A DNA stretch of 64,000 nucleotides from an uncultured Gemmatimonadaceae bacterium. GTDB lineage: Bacteria > Gemmatimonadota > Gemmatimonadetes > Gemmatimonadales > Gemmatimonadaceae. This document shows positions 13,804 through 21,707 of this stretch, one piece after another. The stretch is from NCBI GenBank assembly GCA_963751275.1, contig CAVVTZ010000009.1, positions 128,001 through 192,000 on the forward strand, written 5' to 3'. The position numbers and the translations under genes are program-made. The notes beneath the pieces are model-generated. The model saw nothing but the letters and a program-made list of their open reading frames with translations, had not been told where the DNA came from and did no database searches. The stretch's first letter is position 1; each line of letters opens with the position of its first letter.

Positions 13804-15419
13804 GCACGGTGCTGCTGTCGCGCGGGCAGTTCGCGCTCACGATCGCGTTCCATTTCATCTTCCCGCCGATCACGATCGGGCTCGGGCTGGTGCTGGTGTT
13901 CATGCAGGCGATGCGCCTCCGCACCGGGAACCCGCTCTACACCGGCATGGCGCATTTCTGGACGAAGATCTTCGGCCTCATCTTCGCGATCGGCGTCGCG
14001 ACCGGCATCCCGATGGAATTCCAGTTCGGCACGAACTGGGCGAACTACGCGCGCTTCGTCGGCGACATCTTCGGCAGCCCGCTCGCGATCGAGGGCGTAT
14101 ACGCCTTCTTCCTCGAGTCGGGCTTCCTCGCGATCCTGCTCTTCGGCTGGAACAAGGTGGGACCGCGCATGCATTTCCTCGCAACCTGTCTCGTGGCGCT
14201 CGGCGCGCATTTCAGCGCGATCTGGATCATCGTCGCGAACTCCTGGATGCAGACGCCGGCGGGATACCATCTCGCGCGCTCGGTGAAGGAGATCGCGAGC
14301 GGGCAGCAGTTCCCCATGGGCGCCGAGTTGGGCAACACCGCCTTCACCGTGAAGGAGATCCCGCTTCCCGCCGGCTACGTGGTGCAGCCGTCGGACCTGG
14401 GCAACGTGCGCGCGGTGGTGGACGATTTCGCGAAGGCGATCCTCAACCCCTCCACCCTCGACCGGCTCACGCACACGATCATCGCGTGCTGGATCATCGG
14501 CGCGCTCGTGGTGGCATCGGTGAGCGCGTTCTGGCTGCTCAAACGGCGGCACATCGACACCGCGCGCGTGTCGCTCAAGATCGGGCTCGCCGTCGCCGCG
14601 GCGGCATCACTGTTGCAGCTGATCTCGGCGGACATCACCGCGACCGGCGTCGCGCGCCACCAGCCGGAGAAGCTCGCGGCCATGGAAGGACTCGCGGCCA
14701 CGCGCTCCGAAGCGCCGATGGGGATCGTCGGCGTCGTGCGCTGGCAGCACGATTCCACGGGCCGCATCACCGGACTCGATGAGCACGTGCTGCGCGTGCC
14801 GGCGCTGCTGAGCATCCTGGTCTCGGGCGACTTCCTGCATCCGGCGCAAGGCGCGAAGACCGTCGTGCCCGGGCTCAACGATCTCCCCTCGGATTCCTTT
14901 CTTCGCACGCGCCACCCTGGCGCGACGGACGCGGAGCTCATGGCGATCCGGCCGAACTACTGGCCGAGCGTACCGTGGGTGTTCCAGTCGTACCATCTGA
15001 TGATCGCGATCGGTGTGTTCCTGGTCGCGATGACGCTGCTGGGGTTGCTGCTGTGGAAGACGGGCCGGCTCTGGCAACCGGAAAAGCGATTGGTGCGCAT
15101 GTATCTCTGGCTGCTCGTCTTCTCGCCGGCGCTCGCGGAGATCGCGACGCAGGCAGGCTGGTTCACCGCGGAGGTGGGACGCCAGCCATGGATCGTCTGG
15201 CACGTGCTGGCCACGCATGATGCGACGAGCGCGGTGGTGCACTCGGGACAGATCGCGCGCTCGATCGTGCTCTTCTGTCTCATCTATGCGCTGCTCGCCG
15301 CGCTCTTCGTGACGCTCTTCACGCGGATCGTGCAGAAGGGGCCGCCGCACGACAAGCCGGATGCCGGCCTGCCGGAGAAGTTCGAACCGCTGTCACTCAA
15401 GTCCGGGCGCGAAACATGA
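13800..15419 (+). CDS. cydA: Cytochrome bd ubiquinol oxidase subunit I
   Basis: AFHFIF, EFQFGTNW, AFFLES, NSWMQTP, QPEKLAAME, HLMI and GWFTAEVGRQPW. Confidence 0.96.
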
Positions 15420-15429
15420 GGACCGGCGC

Positions 15430-16449
15430 ATGGATCTGAACACCATCTGGTTCCTCCTCGTGGGCACGCTGCTCACGGGGTACGCCGTGCTCGACGGCTT
15501 CGACCTCGGCACCGGCGCGCTGATCCTCTTCCTGAACGATGACACCGAGCGGCGCATCTTCTTCAATGCGATCGGGCCGGTGTGGAACGGCAATGAAGTG
15601 TGGCTCGTGACGGGAGGCGGCGCGCTCTTCGCGGCCTTCCCGAACGTGTACGCGACCGTGTTCTCCGGCTTCTACGACGCGTTCATGCTCCTGCTGGCCG
15701 CGCTGATCTTCCGCGCGGCGGCCATCGAGTTCCGCAGCCAGTATCCCGGCGCGCGCTGGCGCGCGATGTGGGACACCGTGTTCGCGGTCGCGAGCGTGTC
15801 CGGCGCGCTGCTCATCGGCGTCGCCATCGGCAATCTGGTGTGGGGGATCCCGCTGGACGCGCACCACGAGTTCCGCGGCGACTTCTTCACGCTGCTCAAA
15901 CCGTACACGCTGCTGGTAGCGCTCACCGGGCTCGCGCTCTTCGCGATGCACGCGAATCTCTACCTGCTCCTGAAAACGGGGGGCGCGCTGCAGCAGCGGC
16001 TCGCCGGCTGGACGAAGCGCACGATCCCCATCTATCTCACGCTCTTCGCCTTGATGAACATCGCCACCGTGATCGCGCGGCCGATGGTGCACGACGCGCT
16101 GCGGTCGCGGGGGCCGCTGCTCGGCGCCATCCTCCTCGTGTCCGTCGCGATCACCTTCAACATCGTGCGCCTGGTCAAACGGGAGCGGTACGGCCTCGCC
16201 TTCATCAGTTCGGCGGGCTCCATCGTGACGCTCATGATGCTCTTCGGCGCGGCAGTCTATCCGAACCTGGTCTTCTCCTGGCCCGAGCCGGCGAACAGCT
16301 TGAACATCGTGAACGGCGCGTCCACCGCGCCGTCGCTCAAGTTCATGCTCGTCGTCGCACTCATCGGCGTGCCGATCGTGCTCGCGTACACGGCATCCAT
16401 CTACTACGTGTTCCGCGGCAAGGTCACGCTCACCGACCATTCGTATTGA
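15430..16449 (+). CDS. cydB: Cytochrome bd ubiquinol oxidase subunit II
   Basis: YAVLDGFDLG, IGPVWNGNEVWLV, FAAFP and YYVFRGKV. Confidence 0.95.
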   Translation: MDLNTIWFLLVGTLLTGYAVLDGFDLGTGALILFLNDDTERRIFFNAIGPVWNGNEVWLVTGGGALFAAFPNVYATVFSGFYDAFMLLLAALIFRAAAIEFRSQYPGARWRAMWDTVFAVASVSGALLIGVAIGNLVWGIPLDAHHEFRGDFFTLLKPYTLLVALTGLALFAMHANLYLLLKTGGALQQRLAGWTKRTIPIYLTLFALMNIATVIARPMVHDALRSRGPLLGAILLVSVAITFNIVRLVKRERYGLAFISSAGSIVTLMMLFGAAVYPNLVFSWPEPANSLNIVNGASTAPSLKFMLVVALIGVPIVLAYTASIYYVFRGKVTLTDHSY

Positions 16450-16501
16450 CTAGTCCGGCCAACAGGGGAATGCTGTTGTCGCAAGCGGGCGGTACGAGTC
16501 G

Positions 16502-16598
16502 ATCATGTCAATCATGTTCATCCTGTCGGAAGTTGTTTCCGCTCGCCTCCAGGAACTGCTTTTGACAGGATTAACATGATGTACATGATGTTCATGAT
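16502..16598. repeat. Nonamer-array inverted repeat (GACAGGAT-GAACATGAT family), arms in inside-out orientation
   Basis: 16502-16527 versus 16564-16589: 26-bp inverted repeat with 3 mismatches. Arms match the elements at 25693 and 34207. Confidence 0.85.
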
Positions 16599-16676
16599 GG
16601 CGGGTAAAGATGGAACGGCCTTGCCCGAATATCGCCTGATCATTCACTGGAGCAATGGACGCCGCCGGGAGACACC

Positions 16677-17135
16677 ATGAAGATCGGCATCGCCACGGAT
16701 CACGGCGGATTCCCGCTCAAGGAAGAACTGGCCGCGCGGTTGCGCGCCGCGAAGCACGAAGTGGTGGATTTCGGCGCGCACGCGCTCAACGACGGCGATG
16801 ACTATCCGGATTTCGTGATCCCGCTCGCGAACGCGGTGGTCGCGGGGCAGGTGGAGCGCGGCATCGCGTGCTGCGGCAGCGGCGTGGGCGCTTCGGTGTG
16901 CGCCAACAAGGTGCCCGGCGTCCACGCGGCGCTCATCGCCGACCACTTCTCCGCGCGCCAGGGCGTGGAGGACGACCATATGAACATCATCTGCCTGGGC
17001 GCGCGCACCGAGGGGATCGAGCTGGCGTGGGATCTCGTTCAGCAGTTCCTGGCCGCGGAGTACAGCAGCGCCGAGCGGCATCTGCGCCGGCTGGCGAAGG
17101 TCGCGAAGCTGGAAGCCAAACATTCTTCGAAGTGA
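16677..17135 (+). CDS. rpiB: Ribose-5-phosphate isomerase B (RpiB/LacA/LacB family)
   Basis: IATDHGG, DDYPD, CGSGVG, ANKVPG and RHLRR. Confidence 0.93.
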   Translation: MKIGIATDHGGFPLKEELAARLRAAKHEVVDFGAHALNDGDDYPDFVIPLANAVVAGQVERGIACCGSGVGASVCANKVPGVHAALIADHFSARQGVEDDHMNIICLGARTEGIELAWDLVQQFLAAEYSSAERHLRRLAKVAKLEAKHSSK

Positions 17136-17140
17136 CCGCC

Positions 17141-19198
17141 GTGGCTGACAAGGATATCTCGCAGATCTCGATCAATACCATCCGCACGCTCTCCATCGAT
17201 GCCGTGCAGCAGGCGAAGTCCGGGCATCCGGGAACGCCGATGGCGCTGGCGCCGTTGGTGTACGCGCTGTGGAACCGCGTGATGCGCTTCGATCCCGCGG
17301 ATCCCATCTGGCCGGATCGCGATCGCTTCGTGCTGTCGAACGGGCACGCGTCCATGCTGCTGTGGTCCGTGCTGCATCTCAGCGGCACGCGCGCCGTGAA
17401 CGCCGAGTACGAGCGGCTGGGCGATCCCGCGGTGTCGCTCGAGGACATCAAGCATTTCCGCCAGCTGGGAAGCAAGGCGCCGGGGCATCCGGAGTATCGG
17501 TATACCTCCGGCGTGGAGACGACGTCCGGCCCGCTGGGGCAGGGGATCGCGACGAGCGTCGGCATGGCGATCGCGCAGCGCTGGCTCGCGGCGCGCTACA
17601 ACAAGCCGGGCTTCGACGTGTTCGACTACGACATCTTCGCCGTGTGCGGCGATGGGTGTCTCATGGAAGGCGTCGGATCGGAGGCGGCGTCGCTCGCCGG
17701 CCATCTCGCGCTCGACAATCTCTGCTGGATCTACGACAACAACCACATCACGATCGAAGGGAACACCAACATCACCTTCACCGAGGATGTGGCGGCGCGT
17801 TTCATGGGCTATGGGTGGAACGTGCTGCGTGTGGGCGACGCGAACGACTTGGGGTTGATCGAGCGCGCGGTCGCCACGTTCAAGGGCACGAAGGGCCGGC
17901 CGACGATCGTCATTCTCGACAGTCATATCGGCTACGGTTCGCCGCACAAGCAGGACACCGCCGCCGCGCACGGCGAGCCGCTGGGCGAGGAGGAGGTGAA
18001 ACTCACGAAGCGCGCGTACGGCTGGCCCGAGGATGCGAAGTTCCTCGTGCCCGACGGTGTGCGCGAGGATTTCGCCGCGGGCGTGGGTGCGCGCGGCGCC
18101 GCGGCGCACGCGGCGTGGACGGAACTCTTCGGGCGTTACCGTACGGCGTTCCCCGCACTCGCCACCGAGATCGACCAAATGCAGCGGCGCGAGCTGCCGC
18201 CGGGATGGGACAAGAACCTCCCGGTATTCCCCGCGGACGCGAAGGGGATCGCCGGCCGCGATGCGAGCGGCAAAGTGCTCAACGTGCTCGCACAGAACGT
18301 CCCGTGGCTCCTTGGCGGATCCGCCGACCTCGGCTCGTCGAACAAGACCACGCTGCTCTTCGAGGGCGCGGGAGATCTCGAGCCGGATACGCCGGGCGGG
18401 CGCAACATGCATTTCGGCATTCGCGAGCACGCGATGGGCGCGGCGCTCAACGGCATGGCGCTCACCAAGCTGCGCGCGTTCGGCGCGACGTTCTTCATTT
18501 TCAGCGATTATTGCCGCCCCACCATCCGGCTCTCGGCGCTGATGGAATTGCCGGTGATCTGGGTGTTCACGCACGAAGCGATGAGCGACGGCGAGGACGG
18601 CCCCACGCACCAGCCGGTGGAGCAACTCGCGTCGCTGCGCGCGATGCCGGGGCTCATCCTGTTCCGCCCGGCCGACGCGAACGAAGTGGTGGAAGCGTAC
18701 CGCGTGATCATGCAGCTCCGGCACGAGCCGGCCGTGCTCGCGCTCTCGCGCCAGCCGCTGCCCACCATCGACCGCGCGAAGTACGCGAGCGCCGCCGGCG
18801 TCGCGAAGGGCGCGTACGTGCTCGCCGATGCGCCGGGCGGGAAGCCGGAGGTGATCCTGATCGCGACGGGGAGCGAAGTGGTGCTCGCGCTGCAGGCGCA
18901 CGAACAACTCACGGCGGCGGGGATCAAGTCGCGGGTGGTGTCGATGCCATCGTGGGAGTTATTCGATCATCAGACGCCGGAGTATCGAGAGCAGGTGCTG
19001 CCGCGTGCGGTGCGGGCGAGAGTTTCCATTGAGCAGGCGTCGACGATGGGATGGGAGCGTTATGTGGGGGACGGAGGGAAGATGATCGGGATGAAGACTT
19101 TTGGTGCTTCCGCTCCTCTGAAAGAGCTCGAGAAACACTTCGGGTTTGAGCCGGGGGCGATCGTCTCAGCGGCGAAATCGCTACTCGCTACGACCTAA
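17141..19198 (+). CDS. tkt: Transketolase
   Basis: GTG 17141. SGHPG, DRFVLSNGHAS, GPLGQG, GDGCLMEG, FGIREHAM, EDGPTHQP and FGASAP. Confidence 0.97.
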   Translation: MADKDISQISINTIRTLSIDAVQQAKSGHPGTPMALAPLVYALWNRVMRFDPADPIWPDRDRFVLSNGHASMLLWSVLHLSGTRAVNAEYERLGDPAVSLEDIKHFRQLGSKAPGHPEYRYTSGVETTSGPLGQGIATSVGMAIAQRWLAARYNKPGFDVFDYDIFAVCGDGCLMEGVGSEAASLAGHLALDNLCWIYDNNHITIEGNTNITFTEDVAARFMGYGWNVLRVGDANDLGLIERAVATFKGTKGRPTIVILDSHIGYGSPHKQDTAAAHGEPLGEEEVKLTKRAYGWPEDAKFLVPDGVREDFAAGVGARGAAAHAAWTELFGRYRTAFPALATEIDQMQRRELPPGWDKNLPVFPADAKGIAGRDASGKVLNVLAQNVPWLLGGSADLGSSNKTTLLFEGAGDLEPDTPGGRNMHFGIREHAMGAALNGMALTKLRAFGATFFIFSDYCRPTIRLSALMELPVIWVFTHEAMSDGEDGPTHQPVEQLASLRAMPGLILFRPADANEVVEAYRVIMQLRHEPAVLALSRQPLPTIDRAKYASAAGVAKGAYVLADAPGGKPEVILIATGSEVVLALQAHEQLTAAGIKSRVVSMPSWELFDHQTPEYREQVLPRAVRARVSIEQASTMGWERYVGDGGKMIGMKTFGASAPLKELEKHFGFEPGAIVSAAKSLLATT

Positions 19199-19209
19199 CG
19201 GCAGACGTC

Positions 19210-19726
19210 GACTGACGATTGACGACTGACGCCTGCCTCGGGCTGGCGCATGGTGCGGTATCGATGCGCAACGGATCGATGGGGCACCTATCAACGGTGG
19301 ATACATCGTTGGCGGTATGACATATCCGCCATTGCCAGATGGGCACCGTCGCTTGATCGTTTGGCAGCGCGCACTCGAACTGACGATGGAGTGCTACGCG
19401 ATTGCGAGGTTGCTCCCCGATATCGAACGCAGGGGCCTCGCTGATCAGATCCGGCGCGCAGCGGCGTCGGTGCCCGCGAACATCGCGGAAGGGAACGGGC
19501 AGTACTACTCGCGCGCGTACGGGCGACATCTATCGATCGCGCGCGGCTCCCTCATGGAATTGGACACCCACATCGAGATCGCGTTGCGCGCGGGGTACGT
19601 CAACCATGCCGCTACGGCAAAGTCGTTCACGCTCATCGATCAGGTCGGCCGCATGCTGACCCGCCTCTCCAAGGCTATCGCCCCCAGAGAGCCGAACTAG
19701 CAGGCGTCAGTCGTCAGTCGTCAGTC
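19210..19726. mobile_element. Putative cassette: four-helix-bundle gene enclosed by inverted (GACTGAC)3 heptamer arms
   Basis: Arms 19210-19236 and 19700-19726 form a 27-bp inverted repeat with 1 mismatch. Mobility is inferred; no transposase or target-site duplication is seen. Confidence 0.6.
19317..19700 (+). CDS. Four helix bundle protein (TIGR02436 / PF05635 23S rRNA intervening-sequence protein, Avd-like)
   Basis: LIVWQRA, LPDIERRGLADQIRRAAASVPANIAEG, LSIARGSLMELDTH and VGRML match the family pattern. Confidence 0.93.
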   Translation: MTYPPLPDGHRRLIVWQRALELTMECYAIARLLPDIERRGLADQIRRAAASVPANIAEGNGQYYSRAYGRHLSIARGSLMELDTHIEIALRAGYVNHAATAKSFTLIDQVGRMLTRLSKAIAPREPN

Positions 19727-19738
19727 TGCTATTCGCAG

Positions 19739-20551
19739 TTAGAAGTGAAACGCGAACGCAACCTCCGGCCCAAAGATGTTCATGTCGTAAATGAACGTGT
19801 CCGATCCCGATCCCGACGAGTAGTTCAGCCCTAGCCAGCGGTATTGAAGCGCCGTCTCGAACAGCTTGCTCCACCGGTATCCCACCGATGGCAGCACCTG
19901 ATACGTCCAGTTGTTCCCGCTCGTGCCGCCGATGTCGGAGAAGAGCACGAGATGCCAACGGTCGGCATCCACCGGCGTCCAGCGGAATCCGACCACGGGA
20001 AGGGCCCACGTCTTCTGCTTGCTGTTGCTCTGGGGGGTCGGGCCAGGCGCCAGGATGGTGATCGTCCCGCTCGCCTGGATGCTGTTCACGAGACCGCCGA
20101 CCACCGCTTCGAAGCCGTGGCTGATCTCCTTGATGGCGAAGGCCTCCGCGGCGTATTGCTTCATGGTCACGCTGCCATTCACCCAGGTTCCTCCGGGATT
20201 CACGTCCTGCTTCAGGTCCATGTAGATCTGATCCAACACGAACGCCCACTGTCCCTTTCTCGCCTGGATATAGAGCATCCCGCCGAAGTGGAGGTGCGAG
20301 AAGATGTCGCTCGGGCTCGCGTCCACGTGCAGCAGCGGCAGGTTCCCGATCCCCGTGGTCCCCTGCATCGTCGGCATCAGCAGGTACGGTGCGATGGTCC
20401 ATTGCCAATGATCGGAGTCGGCCGGCGCCATCGGCGGCGGTGCCCACGCGCCAACGGCCGGCGCGAGAGCGTAATTCGTCGTTTGTGCCGCGAGCGGCGA
20501 TGACGCCGCGATCAGGATGGCAAAGAGAGGGAATCGGCGGAAGACTTTCAT
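19739..20551 (-). CDS. Outer-membrane beta-barrel protein (hypothetical)
   Basis: Signal peptide MKVFRRFPLFAILIAASSPLAA; alternating amphipathic strands; C-terminal VAFAFHF beta-signal. Confidence 0.78.
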   Translation of the reverse strand: MKVFRRFPLFAILIAASSPLAAQTTNYALAPAVGAWAPPPMAPADSDHWQWTIAPYLLMPTMQGTTGIGNLPLLHVDASPSDIFSHLHFGGMLYIQARKGQWAFVLDQIYMDLKQDVNPGGTWVNGSVTMKQYAAEAFAIKEISHGFEAVVGGLVNSIQASGTITILAPGPTPQSNSKQKTWALPVVGFRWTPVDADRWHLVLFSDIGGTSGNNWTYQVLPSVGYRWSKLFETALQYRWLGLNYSSGSGSDTFIYDMNIFGPEVAFAFHF

Positions 20552-20621
20552 TGGCGCCTCGATGATCAAGTTGTGTCCCGTGAAGCTGCGTCGGCTGGTG
20601 TAACAGCCTGCCGTCAGGCTT

Positions 20622-21425
20622 TTAGAAGTGAAACACCGCCGCCAGCTGCGGCCCATACGTCAGCGTCCGATACTGCAGATATCCCTCATCCGTGAACGTC
20701 GGCGTCGGCGGCGAGCCGTTGATGTATTCCACGTACAGCGCCCGGTACTGCGCCGAGATCTCGAGCATCTTGTTCACCTTGTAGCCCGCGGTGGGGAGCA
20801 GCTGCCAGGTCCAGTTCTTGCCGCTCCAACCGCCGACGTCGCCGAACACGGTCACGTGCCAACGGTCGCCGTCCACCGGCGTCCAGCGTCCCGCCGCCAC
20901 GGCCGTAAGCCAGGCATGCGGGTAGTTCTCGGCCACCGGCTCTTCGACGATGACATCGCCGGTCATCTCCTCGAACGTGCCGTTGATGATGGTGCCGACC
21001 CGGTGTCCGTTGACGCCGAGCGCCACATCCCACGCCTTCGCGGCGTGCCGGAAGAGATACGCGTCGAACGCGGTCTGGTTCGTTCCGAGCGTTCCCTCCA
21101 GCGTGTTGTCGCCCACCGCCACGAGCGGATTCGGCTCGATGGTCTGGTTCAGCGAGACGTTGCTCGCATTGAGCGCGAACGACCACGCGCCGCCCCTCAC
21201 TTCGAGATAGACCCCGCCGCCGGCCTGCAGTCCCTTGAACGGCCCCGGCGAGCGGTTCACACTCGCCGCCGGCCACTCCTCGATCGCGACGGTGCCGCTC
21301 ATGCCCGCGAACATCACATAGGGCGCGATGGTCCATTCGATTGGCGCCGCCGCCGCTTGCCCTCGCGCCGAAAGGGCGGAACCGAGGATCAGGATCGCCA
21401 CGCTGCCCAACCGGAAATGTTTCAT
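20622..21425 (-). CDS. Outer-membrane beta-barrel protein, paralogue of the adjacent gene
   Basis: Signal peptide; shares WTIAPY, RWTPVDxDRWH, NWT and QYR motifs and terminal FHF with 19739..20551. Start could be 21437. Confidence 0.78.
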   Translation of the reverse strand: MKHFRLGSVAILILGSALSARGQAAAAPIEWTIAPYVMFAGMSGTVAIEEWPAASVNRSPGPFKGLQAGGGVYLEVRGGAWSFALNASNVSLNQTIEPNPLVAVGDNTLEGTLGTNQTAFDAYLFRHAAKAWDVALGVNGHRVGTIINGTFEEMTGDVIVEEPVAENYPHAWLTAVAAGRWTPVDGDRWHVTVFGDVGGWSGKNWTWQLLPTAGYKVNKMLEISAQYRALYVEYINGSPPTPTFTDEGYLQYRTLTYGPQLAAVFHF

Positions 21426-21707
21426 GTGCCTCATCATGGGAGAACGTTGCCCGATACTTCCTCCCCAGAAGATGGCACCCCGCCACCCATGATTCAAACC
21501 ACCCCGGACATTCCCTGACAAGAAACGCTATTTCTCACTTCGTCCGCCGGTCGATCCCGGAGCCATCTCTAGCTATACCCCCCGGCCGCGCCGGACTTGC
21601 AGTCCGCCGGCGACAGCCGCCAGCCCGCCGTGGCACTTGTTCTACTTGCCCTCCCACCGAACCTTGGGTACGATAGAAAAAACACCCCAGTCCTGAGGAC
21701 TGAGCAT

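Noticed and set aside
19244..19270. Sigma-54-like motif upstream of the four-helix gene
   Set aside because: GG-to-GC spacing does not match the required 12 nt.
19317..19700. Diversity-generating retroelement or rRNA intervening sequence
   Set aside because: The protein is Avd/IVP-like, but there is no reverse transcriptase, TR/VR pair or rRNA gene in the window.
21605..21630. Degenerate CGACAGC-CGCCAGC heptamers upstream of the EF-G paralogue
   Set aside because: Resembles the ntpA array, but two imperfect units are too short to distinguish from chance.
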